64,000 nucleotides of DNA from Hyphomicrobium sp. (GTDB lineage: Bacteria; Pseudomonadota; Alphaproteobacteria; Rhizobiales; Hyphomicrobiaceae), in assembly GCA_031367425.1 (NCBI GenBank), contig JANLPU010000047.1:60932-124931 (forward strand), given 5' to 3'. Below the pieces are notes generated by a model that saw only the letters and a list, made by a program, of their open reading frames with translations, searched no databases and was not told the origin of the DNA. This document shows positions 1 through 10,932 of the stretch, piece by piece; position 1 is the first letter of the stretch; each line of letters begins with the position of its first letter. Position numbers and translations under genes: made by a program.

Positions 1-1088
1 GCCCGCTCTTCAGGCACGCGGAGATTTTGTCGTACGTGCCAGCGATGGTGAGCGCTGCCTCGGAACGCGTCGAGGATTGGCGCCAGCGGGGGCCGCGTTT
101 CACGGCGCACATCGACGAAGACATGACGCAGACGACGTTCAACGTCATCACGCGCACCATTCTGGCGGGCACCGGCCAGGCCGACAGCGACATCATTTTG
201 CGCGCCGGACGGGGCTATCTCGATCATATCACCTGGGAGATCGCCGCCGCCATGCTGCTGCTGCCAGAAGGGATCTGGCACCCGTTCCGGTCACGCATGC
301 GGGCCGCGGCGCGCGATGAACGCGATGCCGTCGGGCGGCTGCTTGCCAGTCGGCGCAATGAAACGGCCCCACGTGATGATCTTCTCGCGCGTATGATCGA
401 TGCCCGCGACCCAGAAACGAACGAGCCGATGCCCGACGATCTGCTCATCGACAACCTCGCGACATTCCTGCTGGCGGGACACGAGACAACAGCCAAAGCC
501 CTGACGTGGACGCTCTACCTTATGGCGCGCTCGGCCCAGTGGCAGAACCGCGCGCGCGACGAAATCGAAGCCGTGACGGGCGGCGGCTTAATTCAACCCG
601 AACACATCGGGCGGTTGGAAATCACAACACGCATTTTGAAGGAAGCGATGCGGCTTTATCCGCCAGCACCTGTGCTAACGCGCGTGACGACACAGCCCGT
701 CACACTGGGTGGCCGCGATCTGCCAGAGCGCACTTTGATCGTGATCCCGATCTATGCTGTTCATCGTCATCACACGGTGTGGGAAGATCCCGGCCGCTTC
801 GATCCAGATCGCTTTTTGGCCGACGCGGAAGCGCAACATAAGCGCACGCAATTTATGCCGTTCGGGTTTGGCGGACGCGTGTGCATCGGGCAAGCCTTCG
901 CCATGATCGAAGCGGTGGCCATTCTGGCGACGCTGCTGCAAGGCGCGCGGTTTGCATGGGACGGCAAACATTTGCCAGAGCCGGTGAGCCGCGTGACGCT
1001 GCGGCCGCGCGGACGAATGCCCTTGATCGTCTCGCCGATCCAATCGCTCGCCCATCCCGAGCCAATCCAATCCCTAGCAAAAGGTTAA
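1..1088 (+). CDS. Cytochrome P450, 5' end outside the window
   Basis: The frame is open from the window edge (track ORF 27..1088). It has the I-helix motif LLAGHETTAKAL and the heme-binding loop FGFGGRVCIGQAFA near the C-terminus. Confidence 0.9.
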   Translation, partial: PLFRHAEILSYVPAMVSAASERVEDWRQRGPRFTAHIDEDMTQTTFNVITRTILAGTGQADSDIILRAGRGYLDHITWEIAAAMLLLPEGIWHPFRSRMRAAARDERDAVGRLLASRRNETAPRDDLLARMIDARDPETNEPMPDDLLIDNLATFLLAGHETTAKALTWTLYLMARSAQWQNRARDEIEAVTGGGLIQPEHIGRLEITTRILKEAMRLYPPAPVLTRVTTQPVTLGGRDLPERTLIVIPIYAVHRHHTVWEDPGRFDPDRFLADAEAQHKRTQFMPFGFGGRVCIGQAFAMIEAVAILATLLQGARFAWDGKHLPEPVSRVTLRPRGRMPLIVSPIQSLAHPEPIQSLAKG

Positions 1089-1198
1089 ATTGAAAGCTCG
1101 ACCGTGCGCGCCCACTTCAGCAGCATTGCAAATATTGTCTGATACAGTTTGTCGCATGTTGGGGACTGTGTTGGCTTCTGACCCTATGGGAGGGGTCC

Positions 1199-1330
1199 AT
1201 GAAAATGAAATTGCTTTATTCGTTGGCGCTTGTCGTGCCGTTCGGCCTTGTTGCTTTGGGTTGCGCCTACCTGATGCGGTCCGCGTGGTGCCGACATAAA
1301 TCTTGGGCGGACAGCCTGCTGCCGATCTAA
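1199..1330 (+). CDS. Possible 43-aa small membrane/lipoprotein-like peptide (MKMKLLYSLALVVPFGLVALGCAYLM...)
   Basis: Hand-translated ORF below the track cutoff. GGGAGGGG lies about 5 nt upstream of the ATG. It has a hydrophobic N-terminus with an LGC lipobox-like motif. No homology is recognised. Confidence 0.3.
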   Translation: MKMKLLYSLALVVPFGLVALGCAYLMRSAWCRHKSWADSLLPI

Positions 1331-1335
1331 CCGCT

Positions 1336-2805
1336 CTAAGCTATCCCGAGTTTTTGTTTCAGCATATCGTTGACCTGCGCCGGGTTGGCTTTGCCGCCCG
1401 ACGACTTCATGACCTGGCCGACAAACCAGCCGAGCATCGAGGGCTTGGCTTTAGCTTGTTCGACCTTGTCGGGGTTGGCCGCGATAATGTCGTCGACCGC
1501 TTTCTCAATGGCACCGGTGTCGGTGACTTGTTTCATGCCGCGCGACTCGACGATTTCGGCCGGGTCGCCGCCTTGCGTCCATACGATCTCGAACAGATCT
1601 TTGGCGAGTTTGCCAGAGATCACCATGTTGGCGATCAAGTCGACGATACCGCCGAGCTGCTTGGCCGAAACGGGCGATTGCGCGACGCCCAAGTCTTGCT
1701 TGTTCAAGCGCCCGAACAATTCGTTGATGACCCAATTCGCCGCGATCTTGCCGTCGCGGCCCTTGGCCACCGCTTCGAAATAATCGGCATTTTCGCGCTC
1801 GGCGACGAGCACGTTCGCGTCGTAGGCGGAGAGATTATAAGCCTTCATGAAGCGGGCTCGCTTCTCGTCCGGCAGCTCTGGCAGATGCTGCTTCAAGGCA
1901 TCGACGTAACCTTGGGTGAGTTCGAGCGGCAGCAGATCGGGGTCTGGAAAATAGCGATAATCATGCGCTTCTTCCTTGGAGCGCATCGCGCGCGTCTCGC
2001 CCTTAACCGGATCAAACAGCCGCGTTTCCTGCGCGATCGTGCCGCCGTCCTCAATGATCTCGATCTGGCGGCGGGCCTCCACTTCAATCGCCTGGCCGAT
2101 AAAGCGAATGGAATTGACGTTCTTGATTTCGCAGCGGGTGCCGAGCTTGTCGCCGGGGCGGCGCACCGAGACGTTGACGTCGGCGCGCAGATTGCCCTTT
2201 TCCATGTCGCCGTCGCAGGTGCCGAGATAACGTAAGATCGTGCGCAGTTTGGTGACGTAGGCCTGCGCCTGTTTCGATGTTCGCATATCGGGCTTGGAGA
2301 CGATTTCCATCAGGGCTACGCCCGACCGGTTGAGATCGACGTAGGAATAATCTGGATGCTGGTCGTGCAGAGATTTGCCGGCGTCTTGTTCAAGATGCAG
2401 CCGCTCGATGCCAACCCGCATCGTCTCGCCGTCTGCATCGATCTCGACTTCGCCCTCGCCCACTACGGGAAACTTGTATTGCGAGATCTGATAGCCCTGC
2501 GGCAAATCCGGATAGAAGTAGTTTTTGCGATCAAAGACGCTGGTGAGATTGATTTGCGCGTGCAGCCCAAGTCCCGTGCGGATCGCCTGCGCGATGCACT
2601 CTTCGTTGATCACCGGCAACATTCCCGGCATCGCCGCATCGACCAGAGAAACATGGCTGTTGGGGGGTGCGCCAAAGGCCGTCGATGAGCCTGAAAACAA
2701 TTTCGACGCTGACGCGACCTGGGCGTGGACCTCAAGACCCACGACCAGTTCCCAGTCTCCCGTTTCGCCACGAATGTAATTATGGGCGGCGGCGTTATCG
2801 TGCAT
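1336..2805 (-). CDS. gatB: Asp-tRNA(Asn)/Glu-tRNA(Gln) amidotransferase subunit B
   Basis: The 489-aa ORF starts [13 protein letters not shown]...SKLFSG and has the typical GatB/GatE core and YqeY-like tail (...[15 protein letters not shown]). Confidence 0.95.
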   Translation of the reverse strand: MHDNAAAHNYIRGETGDWELVVGLEVHAQVASASKLFSGSSTAFGAPPNSHVSLVDAAMPGMLPVINEECIAQAIRTGLGLHAQINLTSVFDRKNYFYPDLPQGYQISQYKFPVVGEGEVEIDADGETMRVGIERLHLEQDAGKSLHDQHPDYSYVDLNRSGVALMEIVSKPDMRTSKQAQAYVTKLRTILRYLGTCDGDMEKGNLRADVNVSVRRPGDKLGTRCEIKNVNSIRFIGQAIEVEARRQIEIIEDGGTIAQETRLFDPVKGETRAMRSKEEAHDYRYFPDPDLLPLELTQGYVDALKQHLPELPDEKRARFMKAYNLSAYDANVLVAERENADYFEAVAKGRDGKIAANWVINELFGRLNKQDLGVAQSPVSAKQLGGIVDLIANMVISGKLAKDLFEIVWTQGGDPAEIVESRGMKQVTDTGAIEKAVDDIIAANPDKVEQAKAKPSMLGWFVGQVMKSSGGKANPAQVNDMLKQKLGIA

Positions 2806-2912
2806 GCGAAGCGCTCCTTATCAGAGCGCTTTGGTTACCCCGAAGGGGCCAGCGCCGCAATCCCCGCGAATGATCGCCGAGGCCGCGCGCCGGGCCTGAG
2901 GTTCGGCTGAAT

Positions 2913-4001
2913 TCAAAGGATGATAGCGTGGTCGTGCAACAAACTCGTCAGCGTCACGTGGTGGACGCGGTCGAGCTGGACGACGTCGATGAAACCAGCA
3001 CTTGGTCCGAAGTAGGCCGAGATCACCGTTCCAGCACCCGTGTCCGTGACATGAATATCGGCTCTCGAGTTCAAACCCAAGCCCTGCAAATCGACCTTAT
3101 CGCCAGCGGCGAAATCCGTCACACGATCAAAGCCCAGCGTGTGGGCGCCATCGAAGACATCGCCGCGCGCCCAATGGAACGTATCTGCCCCCAGGGAAAA
3201 CTTTCCCTTGAACTGGCCACCCGTCAGAACGTCGCTGCCGACGCCGCCGTAGATTTGATCGTTGCCGTCGTCGCCATGAACCTTGTCGTTGCCCGCGCCG
3301 CCGTAAATTCTGTCGTTGCCACCGCCGCCGAAGAAGCCATCGTTGCCATCGGCGCCGTAGAGGCTGTCGACGCCTTGCCCACCGTTGAGGCTGTCGTTGC
3401 CGTTCTCGCCGTACAAGCGGTCGTTGCCGTCGTTGCCGAATAAGCGGTCGTTGCCGTCGCGGCCAAACAGATCGTTGGCAGCGGCATTGCCACGTAAGAT
3501 GTTATTGACCGCATTGCCAAAGGCGTCGCGGTTGGCAACACCCGTCAGCTGCAAAACTTCGACGTTGACCGCGATCGTCAAATTGATCGACGACTGAATG
3601 ACATCGAAACCTTGGCCGAATTTTTCGACAACCTTGTCCGCCGAACTATCGACGACGAAGATGTCGTTACCGATGCCGCCGGTCAGCGTGTCCGCGCCTG
3701 CCCCGCCATCGAGCACGTCGTTGCCGCCATCGCCGGTCAGGATATCGGCGCCCAAGCCACCAAACAACCGGTCGTCGTTGCCACCGCCGAATACCGTGTC
3801 GGCACCAGCGCCGCCGTAAAGGACGTCGCGGCCAGCATCGCCAACCAGCACGTCTACCAGCGATCCGCCCGTAATGGTGTCGTTGCCGGCGCCGCCGTAG
3901 ATCACGTTTTTGAGATTGTCGACGCCAACAATCACATCGTCGCCGGGGCCGCCGTTGATCCGGGGCGCCGTATCGGTCGTCTTGCTGGCTCTGTGCGTCA
4001 T
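2913..4001 (-). CDS. Calcium-binding RTX/hemolysin-type repeat protein
   Basis: 362 aa made largely of GGxGxDxL/I nonapeptide repeats (GGAGNDTITGG, GGAGADTVFGG, GGNGNDRLYG...). The C-terminal non-repeat part resembles T1SS substrates. Confidence 0.85.
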   Translation of the reverse strand: MTHRASKTTDTAPRINGGPGDDVIVGVDNLKNVIYGGAGNDTITGGSLVDVLVGDAGRDVLYGGAGADTVFGGGNDDRLFGGLGADILTGDGGNDVLDGGAGADTLTGGIGNDIFVVDSSADKVVEKFGQGFDVIQSSINLTIAVNVEVLQLTGVANRDAFGNAVNNILRGNAAANDLFGRDGNDRLFGNDGNDRLYGENGNDSLNGGQGVDSLYGADGNDGFFGGGGNDRIYGGAGNDKVHGDDGNDQIYGGVGSDVLTGGQFKGKFSLGADTFHWARGDVFDGAHTLGFDRVTDFAAGDKVDLQGLGLNSRADIHVTDTGAGTVISAYFGPSAGFIDVVQLDRVHHVTLTSLLHDHAIIL

Positions 4002-4163
4002 TACAGACCTGACATCGGTGGCGTCACGAGCATCATGCTCAAAACCGCGCGAATTCAGGGCACAGAATAACGCATCAAAGTTGAGTTAGAATTACTGGGC
4101 ATTGCACAATTTCGAGGACCGCTCAAAATCGGCGGCCAAATTGTTCCAAAATGAAATAGCCGG

Positions 4164-4469
4164 TTAGGGTTTGGAAATCGTTCGGCTCCAATAACCGGCG
4201 GCTGCGTAAAAAATGCCGACGATCAACGAAATCGTGAACACGCCCGCGATGGCGCGGCTCAAATTGTCGGCACCCGGCACGCCAACGAGCGCTGCCAGGT
4301 AAAGCGTCACGGCTGAGGCCATCGCGCCCGCAAAGCCTGCGATGACCAGCTTGACCGGCTGATCGGCTTTGCGGCCCATGACAAACGCCACCGCCATCAA
4401 GACCGGGTTCAGCGCGCCAGCCATAGCGACTTGCACAAGGGAGACATCTGGCAGCAGCGGCGGGCTCAT
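4164..4469 (-). CDS. Small hydrophobic membrane protein (about 3 TM), unknown function
   Basis: 101-aa ORF. Its ATG overlaps the upstream stop (ATGA), suggesting translational coupling to the chorismate mutase gene. It has strongly hydrophobic segments. Confidence 0.6.
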   Translation of the reverse strand: MSPPLLPDVSLVQVAMAGALNPVLMAVAFVMGRKADQPVKLVIAGFAGAMASAVTLYLAALVGVPGADNLSRAIAGVFTISLIVGIFYAAAGYWSRTISKP

Positions 4470-4816
4470 ATTTTAGCCTCTGGTTTGCTTTGAGCTTTCG
4501 GCTCTGATTTGCTCTGCAGTTTTTCTTCCTCGTACTGCACGAACCAGCCGATCATGTTGCGCCATTGCGCGCCGACCATTTCGACCATTTCCGGCGGCAA
4601 GCCTTTTTCGGTGGCGCGGCCCTTCACCCGATCGATAACCTGTTGAATGCGCCACGGCACGGTTGCCCCTTCCGGGGTATTTTTTTTGAGCTGCCAAGCG
4701 CGATCAACATAGCTGAAGCGCTGCGCGATGAGATCGACCAGCGCGTGATCAATGCGGTCGATTTCGGCGCGCACTTCGTTCATGTCAGCGCAGTCCCACG
4801 GGCGTTTCGGATCCAT
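4466..4816 (-). CDS. AroQ-class chorismate mutase family protein
   Basis: 116 aa. MNEVRAEIDRIDHALVDLIAQRFSYV resembles the CM_2 helix-1 signature (R..ID.iD..l..Ll..R). Confidence 0.75.
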   Translation of the reverse strand: MDPKRPWDCADMNEVRAEIDRIDHALVDLIAQRFSYVDRAWQLKKNTPEGATVPWRIQQVIDRVKGRATEKGLPPEMVEMVGAQWRNMIGWFVQYEEEKLQSKSEPKAQSKPEAKI

Positions 4817-4823
4817 CTCGTGT

Positions 4824-6323
4824 TTAGCCTTTCATCCACCAGCGTTCGGGCACTGTGAAGCGCCCGGCGGTGTCTTCGATCACCTGCGCGGTGCGCAACA
4901 GCGTTTCCTCATCGAACGGTTTACCGATCAGCTGCAGACCGAGCGGCGTGCCCTGGCTCGACAGACCGGCGGGCACCGACATGCCCGGCAACCCGGCCAT
5001 GTTGACCGTGACCGTGAAGATATCTTCCAGGTACATCGCCAGCGGGTCGCCGGTTTTTTCGCCCGCCGCAAATGCGGGCGACGGCGTCGTCGGCGTCAGC
5101 ACGACATCGACCTTGTGCCATGCGTCGTCGAAGTCGCGCTTGATCAAGGTGCGCACTTTTTGGGCTTTCAGATAGTAGGCATCGTAGTAGCCAGCCGACA
5201 ACACGTAGGTGCCGACCAGAATACGTTTGCGCACTTCATGACCAAAGCCTGCGGCGCGCGTGTTCTCGTACGTGTCGATCAGATCTTTGCCGGGTACGCG
5301 CAAGCCGTAACGCATGCCGTCGTAACGCGCGAGGTTTGACGAGCACTCGGCGGGGGCCACGATATAATACGCCGGAAGTGCATATTTGGTGTGCGGCAAC
5401 GAGATGTCGTGGATCGTGGCGCCAGCATCTTTCAGCCAAGCGATGCCGTCGTCCCAGAGCTTTCCGATTTCCGCCGACATGCCCTCGACGCGATATTCTT
5501 TCGGCACGCCGACGCGTAGACCCTTTATGCCTCTCTTTAAACCTGCCTCGTAGTCGGGCACGGGCGCATCGACGGAGGTTGAATCCTTCGGATCGTAGCT
5601 CGCCATGGCCTTCAGCATAATCGCGGCATCGCGCACGGTTTTGGCAATGGGTCCGGCCTGATCGAGCGATGAGGCAAACGCCACGATGCCCCAGCGCGAG
5701 CAGCGGCCATACGTCGGCTTGATGCCGACCGTTCCGGTCAGCGCGGCGGGCTGGCGGATCGAGCCGCCGGTATCGGTCGCGGTCGCGGCAAGGCATAAAT
5801 CGGCCGACACGGCCGCAGACGATCCACCAGACGAGCCGCCCGGCACGAGTTTGTCCGTCGAGGTTTTGCCGTCGCGGCCCTTGCGCCGCCAAGGCGACAC
5901 GACGTTGCCGAACGCGCTCGTCTCGTTCGACGAGCCCATGGCGAATTCGTCGTTGTTGAGCTTGCCGAGCATGACCGCGCCAGCATCCCAAAGGTTTTGA
6001 CCAACGGTTGATTCATAGGGCGGCTTGAAGTCGCCCAAGATTTTCGAGCACGCCGTCGTGCGAATGCCGCGCGTCGCAAACAGATCCTTGTTGCCGAGCG
6101 GCAGGCCTTCAAGCGGCCGCGCCTTGCCAGACGCCAGATGCTTGTCGGCCTCTTTGGCTTGCGCGCGTGCGTGCTCAGGCGTTTGCAGAACGAAAGCATT
6201 GAGCGCGGGGTTGGCCGCCTCGATGGCTTTGAGAAATGCGTCTGTCAGTTCGAGGGAGGTGAACTTTTTGGCCTTCAGCCCGTCGCGGGCTTCAGCCAGT
6301 GTGAGCTTCGTCAGATCCGTCAC
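4824..6323 (-). CDS. gatA: Asp-tRNA(Asn)/Glu-tRNA(Gln) amidotransferase subunit A (amidase signature)
   Basis: It has the amidase signature GGSSGGSAAAV-like block ([13 protein letters not shown]) and N-terminus [17 protein letters not shown] prefer the GTG at 6323, which has AAGGGGAAG upstream and lies 4 nt after the upstream TGA. The track ORF extends to 6344. Confidence 0.93.
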   Translation of the reverse strand: MTDLTKLTLAEARDGLKAKKFTSLELTDAFLKAIEAANPALNAFVLQTPEHARAQAKEADKHLASGKARPLEGLPLGNKDLFATRGIRTTACSKILGDFKPPYESTVGQNLWDAGAVMLGKLNNDEFAMGSSNETSAFGNVVSPWRRKGRDGKTSTDKLVPGGSSGGSSAAVSADLCLAATATDTGGSIRQPAALTGTVGIKPTYGRCSRWGIVAFASSLDQAGPIAKTVRDAAIMLKAMASYDPKDSTSVDAPVPDYEAGLKRGIKGLRVGVPKEYRVEGMSAEIGKLWDDGIAWLKDAGATIHDISLPHTKYALPAYYIVAPAECSSNLARYDGMRYGLRVPGKDLIDTYENTRAAGFGHEVRKRILVGTYVLSAGYYDAYYLKAQKVRTLIKRDFDDAWHKVDVVLTPTTPSPAFAAGEKTGDPLAMYLEDIFTVTVNMAGLPGMSVPAGLSSQGTPLGLQLIGKPFDEETLLRTAQVIEDTAGRFTVPERWWMKG

Positions 6324-6327
6324 AGGC

Positions 6328-6729
6328 TCACTTCCCCTTGTCACTGTCGCAGCGTTGAAAAATCGTCGCGTTGTCCATGATCGTCACCTTGAACGATCCA
6401 TCGGCAAGCTTCTCGAACGTATCGCTCTCGGCCTCTTCCGTAATGCCTTCGGCGCAATCCATGTTGGCCGACCAAACGCGGCCCTTTTCTTTTTCGGTGA
6501 ACGAGCGGAATGTGCAGATGCCTTCCCAGGTGAGAAAGCCATCGACCGTCAAAACCTCGGGCACGGTGCCGACGTTCTTGTTGCCGCCGACGGCGATTTT
6601 CTCAAGCTTCGCGCAGCCCTCTTTGGTGGCATATGTACCCGGCCCGATAAATGTGCCTTTGACTTCGGCCTGCGCGAGGCGCGTCGAGCAAAGCATGAGG
6701 GCGACGGCACAAACGATCTTGATCCACAT
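6328..6729 (-). CDS. Secreted Cys-containing protein of unknown function, embedded between gatC and gatA
   Basis: An internal ATG at 6729 gives [23 protein letters not shown], a signal peptide. Mature protein is about 112 aa with 4 Cys. The longer track ORF (to 6915) overlaps gatC and looks like an artefact. Confidence 0.6.
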   Translation of the reverse strand: MWIKIVCAVALMLCSTRLAQAEVKGTFIGPGTYATKEGCAKLEKIAVGGNKNVGTVPEVLTVDGFLTWEGICTFRSFTEKEKGRVWSANMDCAEGITEEAESDTFEKLADGSFKVTIMDNATIFQRCDSDKGK

Positions 6730-6734
6730 CTGGG

Positions 6735-7022
6735 CTATTCCACAACTTTGGGGACGACGAAGAAGTGGTCCTCGCTCAGCGGCGCGTTGACGGTCACGGC
6801 ATCGGCGATCTCGCCGTCTGAGACTTTGTCGGCGCGTTTCCTGAGTGCGATCGGCACGACGCGCGTCATCGGCTCGACCGCTGAGGTGTCGACCTCGTCG
6901 AGTTGCGCCACCCAATCCAGAATGCCCGACAATTCCTTTTCGAGGCTCTTGGCCTCGGCGTCGGTAATTTTGATGCGCGCCAGGCGCGCTATGCGCCGCA
7001 CCGTCGCTTCGTCAACTTGCAT
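6735..7022 (-). CDS. gatC: Asp-tRNA(Asn)/Glu-tRNA(Gln) amidotransferase subunit C
   Basis: 95 aa. [46 protein letters not shown] is a canonical GatC sequence. Confidence 0.93.
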   Translation of the reverse strand: MQVDEATVRRIARLARIKITDAEAKSLEKELSGILDWVAQLDEVDTSAVEPMTRVVPIALRKRADKVSDGEIADAVTVNAPLSEDHFFVVPKVVE

Positions 7023-7203
7023 TCTGCTATCCTTAAGAGGAAAAGGTCAGGCGTCGCTCGTCCCGCTCTCTTAGCTTCCCTTGCCGTCAGGACGCAACCG
7101 CACAACCGGTGGTTTTGGCAGCGGTTTGGCGTCGCTTGGCCCGCAAAGTCCCGGCCATTAGGATCACAACAGCGGTTGCAAGCGCTCACTTAGCCGGTCC
7201 AGG

Positions 7204-7803
7204 ATGACTGGCAACCGGCTGATATCGGCCCGGAAAACAGTTCGAAAGGCCGCAATGGCAATACCTGAGCCTGTCAAGCCGCCGGGCGCGACATTTGAAA
7301 ATCCGGAAGATTTCGGCGCTTGTCTCAGCAACGGCGCGCGGCTGATCGGCATCGATGCTGGCACCACCACATTCGGCCTCGCGCTCTCGGACGTCACTCG
7401 CACCATCGCGACGGGCCTCGAGACGATCGCGCGGCGCAAATTTACGATAGACATCCAGCGCTTGTTCGAACTGGCCGAGACCCACAAAGTCTGCGGATTC
7501 GTGCTTGGCTTTCCGCGCAACCTAGACGGCGCAGAGGGGCCACGCGCACAGGCGACACGCGCGCTCGCCCGCAACCTCAACAAGTTGTCCCCGTTGCCTA
7601 TTTTGCTGTGGGACGAGCGCTTGACGACGGCTCTGGCCGAACGAATGCTGATTGACGCCGATCAGAGCCGCAAGCGCCGCGCCGAGATTATCGACAAGCT
7701 GGCGGCAACGCTTATCCTCCAAAGTGCGCTCGACCGGTTGCGGCAATTTCCGGCACCGCGCCTGATTGAAAAGCAAGCTGGCGTGCGCGTGCACCGCAAC
7801 TGA
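7204..7803 (+). CDS. ruvX: Holliday-junction resolvase-like YqgF/RuvX
   Basis: The motifs LIGIDAGTTTFGLALSD ... GFVLGFPRNLDG ... PILLWDERLTT are YqgF family hallmarks. The true start is probably the internal ATG near 7252. Confidence 0.85.
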   Translation: MTGNRLISARKTVRKAAMAIPEPVKPPGATFENPEDFGACLSNGARLIGIDAGTTTFGLALSDVTRTIATGLETIARRKFTIDIQRLFELAETHKVCGFVLGFPRNLDGAEGPRAQATRALARNLNKLSPLPILLWDERLTTALAERMLIDADQSRKRRAEIIDKLAATLILQSALDRLRQFPAPRLIEKQAGVRVHRN

Positions 7804-7917
7804 TCTCGCACCCGACCTTAGCCTCATGCCGTGAGGGCTTGACCCGTCGCAACCGCGCCTCATTACTTATCCAGATTAGTGGTAGGTGCCCGTGAGCTGT
7901 CGTTTGCTTGATGGCTC

Positions 7918-9156
7918 GTGTCCGAGGCGCCCGGATTGGTGCGTATGGGTCAGGACGTTAAAACCGTAGAGCGGCGCGCAAACCCGGCCGGACGCCGCGA
8001 AACGATACAGTTGCCGGAAGCTTTAGAAACGCTGGCCGGCCGGTTCCCGACATCAGCACGCCGCGAAGTGCGCCGCTTATTGCGCACCTCAGCACGGATG
8101 GCGGATCTAGCGCTCGTATTTCCTGGCGCACTTTACGCTCTGGCCGCGCGCCGTGGACCGGCGTCCGCTCGGCTCGGCGCGCTTTCGTTGATCGAGACCG
8201 GCGCACAGTTGAAATCCGTAGCGCGCGTCCTTGAGCTGCCGATGTGGCTGCGCCGTCTGCCGCCCGAAGCTTTCCAAGATCTGCCGTCAAAACTGCCAAC
8301 GAGCGAGAGCTTCGCGCGCCGCGTCGCCACGCGGCTCCCTAAGTCTCCCGACGAGAGCGCGTTCTGGTTGCAGTCGGTTTTATTTGCCCAGCAGGCCTGC
8401 GACGAAGACTTCGCTCTTTGGTTGGCTGAGCAGCCTATTTTCACAGACGCTGGCGACGCCGACAAATTGTTGTCGATACTGGCCGCTTACGCTTGGTTCT
8501 CGCGCCAGCCGGACACGCGCGGTCATCAGTTGATCGTTGTGCCGTGGCGCTCTGAGATCGCTTTCGACACCGCCCTGTGCGCGGCGAAAAGCTGGTTCAA
8601 CCGCGTCAGGCTCGTGTTGCAAATGCCGCGCGGCGCGGTCAACGATCCCTGGTTGAAGCCCGATCAAGCGCAGGGGTACACCTTCGAGCCCCTGCTCAAT
8701 CACGAAGATATCCTGGCTGAAGCGCAAGCGATGCAAAACTGCGCCGACCAATACGCTGAACGCTTGGTGCGCGAAAAATGTCGGCTGTTTTCCGTCAAGC
8801 GCAACGGTCAGCGCGTCGCGACATTGGAAGTCGGGCCGCACCAGCGCGAAACCGGCGTTCTGGCCGTCAATCAGCTCAAGGCCCGCCACAACATGGCAGC
8901 GCCCGGCGATGTCTGGCAGGCAGCTTATTCGTGGATGTCGGCGCAATCGGGATTGAAGCGCACGCCGCCTTTGGCGCTGGTCGAGCGCGGCTGGGATCAG
9001 ACGGCGTGGCGCGCACTCATGCAACCCTACCGGCAATCACGCGGCGGCGCAGCGTGGCTCGACGTACAAGCTTCACATCTGATGTTTGCCGGGCTCGACG
9101 CCGACTTGTGCGATCTCGCCCGCCGCGGCGGCGTCTCGTCATGGCTTTTTACCTGA
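7918..9156 (+). CDS. PcfJ-like domain protein (hypothetical)
   Basis: The C-terminal block EAQAMQNCADQYAERLVREKCRLFSVKRNGQRVATLEVG...AVNQLKARHN matches my recollection of the PcfJ-like pattern (M.NCv..Y......G...ifS.r....rvaTle...). The start is GTG; an alternative ATG lies at 7945. Confidence 0.5.
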   Translation: MSEAPGLVRMGQDVKTVERRANPAGRRETIQLPEALETLAGRFPTSARREVRRLLRTSARMADLALVFPGALYALAARRGPASARLGALSLIETGAQLKSVARVLELPMWLRRLPPEAFQDLPSKLPTSESFARRVATRLPKSPDESAFWLQSVLFAQQACDEDFALWLAEQPIFTDAGDADKLLSILAAYAWFSRQPDTRGHQLIVVPWRSEIAFDTALCAAKSWFNRVRLVLQMPRGAVNDPWLKPDQAQGYTFEPLLNHEDILAEAQAMQNCADQYAERLVREKCRLFSVKRNGQRVATLEVGPHQRETGVLAVNQLKARHNMAAPGDVWQAAYSWMSAQSGLKRTPPLALVERGWDQTAWRALMQPYRQSRGGAAWLDVQASHLMFAGLDADLCDLARRGGVSSWLFT

Positions 9157-9169
9157 CGCCTTATGTGGC

Positions 9170-10807
9170 TCAACCGGGCATCGCACGGGCGATGATGGTG
9201 CGGGCGCAATCTGCGTCGATCCCGATACCGTAGGTTTGCCGGCCGCTCAAACTGACGCGCGTCGCGATGAAACTCTCGCAGACCTCTTCAGGCGCATCGC
9301 GCTTTAACAGTGCGGCAGCTGCCAGCACCGCCAAGCCATTTGCGATGGCGCGCGCGTTGCGCTCGAGGCCTAACACGTCGCGCATGAGTCCGGATAACCG
9401 CGCGTGCGCGCCACCCAAGCGCGCGTCCCCGCCTATCATCGCGCCGATATCGGCCAGCACCAGTTGAGCAGCGTCCGGCGTTCGTTGCAGCACGCGCACG
9501 AGGTCGAGCGCCATGACGTTGCCCGAACCCTCCCAAATGGCGTTGACCGGCACCTCGCGATAGATCCGCGCCAGCGTGCCGTCTTCGACATAACCGTTGC
9601 CGCCGAGACATTCCATCGCTTCGGCGACGAAGCCCGCAGCCTGCTTGCAAATCCAATATTTGGCGACCGGCGTCATCACGCGGCGCCAGGCCTGTGCAAG
9701 CGGATCGTCGCCACCATCGAACGCGCGCGCCAGTCGAAATGACAGCGCGACCGCTCCTTCAACCTCGATCGCCAAATCGGCAAGCACCTGTTGCATCAAG
9801 GGTTGATCGGCAAGTTTTTTCTGGAACACCGTGCGGTGCGACGTGTGATGCAGAGCGTGCGCCAATGCCGATCGCATCAGCCCGGCTGAGGAGACGGCGC
9901 AATCGAGCCGCGTCTGCGTTACCATTGCTATGATCGTGCGGATGCCATCGCCCTCGTTGCCGATGGCAATCGCCTGCGCCTCATGAAATTCGACTTCGGA
10001 CGATGCGTTCGAGCGGTTGCCCAACTTTGGCTTCAAGCGTTGCAGGCGGATACCGTTTTGCCCGCCATCGGGTGCCAATCGCGGCAGCAGAAAGCAGGTG
10101 AGCCCGCCCGCCGCTTGCGCGAGCACGAGGAACGCGTCAGACATCGGCGCAGACATGAACCACTTGTGCCCGGTGAGTGCGTATGCATTGCCAGCGCCCT
10201 CCGCTTTTAAAGGGATCGCCCGTGTTGTATTAGCGCGTACATCGGTGCCGCCCTGCTTTTCCGTCATGCCCATGCCGATGGTCAGCCCGAATTTTTGCGC
10301 CAACGGCACATTGCTTTGATCATATTTGGGTTGGGAAATTTTTTGCAGCCACGGCGCGCCCGTTTTAGGCTGCCGTGAAAGAACGCTCAACGCCGCATTG
10401 GTCATGGTCATCGGGCAACAATGACCAGCTTCCATTTGAGCGCTTAGATAAAGCAGGGCCGAACGCGTCACCTGTGGCGCTGCCCCGGCGCTCATGTGAT
10501 GCAACCCCGCGCGCGCACTGATCGCCATGAGGGCGTGATAGGCAGGATGATATTCGACGAGGTCTATGCGATGGCCCTTGGCGTCGTGCGTTTTCAAGAT
10601 CGGTGGAAATTCGTTGGCAAGCCGAGCGAGGTCGCGGGCCTCTGAACTGCCGGCAATCGCGCCATATGCTTGCAACGCCGCTGCGCTGCCAGCGGCACCT
10701 TCACGCTTGACGGCCGCGACCAGAGCCTGGTCGCTGAGGTAAAGATTGACGTCCTCGAAGGCCGGCGACTGGTTGAATACGTCGTGCGTCGAAAAGACTT
10801 CAGACAT
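9170..10807 (-). CDS. AidB-like acyl-CoA dehydrogenase family protein
   Basis: About 545 aa from the ATG at 10807 ([15 protein letters not shown]...). It shows AidB-type N-terminus and ACAD middle/C-terminal similarity ([26 protein letters not shown]). Confidence 0.85.
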   Translation of the reverse strand: MSEVFSTHDVFNQSPAFEDVNLYLSDQALVAAVKREGAAGSAAALQAYGAIAGSSEARDLARLANEFPPILKTHDAKGHRIDLVEYHPAYHALMAISARAGLHHMSAGAAPQVTRSALLYLSAQMEAGHCCPMTMTNAALSVLSRQPKTGAPWLQKISQPKYDQSNVPLAQKFGLTIGMGMTEKQGGTDVRANTTRAIPLKAEGAGNAYALTGHKWFMSAPMSDAFLVLAQAAGGLTCFLLPRLAPDGGQNGIRLQRLKPKLGNRSNASSEVEFHEAQAIAIGNEGDGIRTIIAMVTQTRLDCAVSSAGLMRSALAHALHHTSHRTVFQKKLADQPLMQQVLADLAIEVEGAVALSFRLARAFDGGDDPLAQAWRRVMTPVAKYWICKQAAGFVAEAMECLGGNGYVEDGTLARIYREVPVNAIWEGSGNVMALDLVRVLQRTPDAAQLVLADIGAMIGGDARLGGAHARLSGLMRDVLGLERNARAIANGLAVLAAAALLKRDAPEEVCESFIATRVSLSGRQTYGIGIDADCARTIIARAMPG

Positions 10808-10932
10808 GCCGGGCAACCGATCTTTTGCAAGAGTTATCCGCACCGAACATACATGCTTCGTTGACCTTGTCGGCAGTTTGGCAAGCACTTCCCTTGCCCT
10901 CAACTGAGACTCTGCTTATACAAACGCCTTTA

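Noticed and set aside
1303-2235. 310-aa ORF antisense to gatB
   Set aside because: It lies entirely within the confidently identified gatB on the opposite strand. Its Arg/Ala/Gly-rich composition is typical of shadow ORFs in high-GC DNA, and it has no motif.
2913-4001. The RTX protein, considered as part of a toxin/T1SS locus
   Set aside because: No ABC exporter, membrane-fusion protein, TolC-like gene or acyltransferase lies adjacent. Isolated RTX calcium-binding proteins are common in this group.
6025-7074. 349-aa ORF on the plus strand spanning gatA, the secreted-protein gene and gatC
   Set aside because: It is antisense to three well-supported genes, has Ser/Ala/Arg-rich low-information sequence, and is a shadow ORF.
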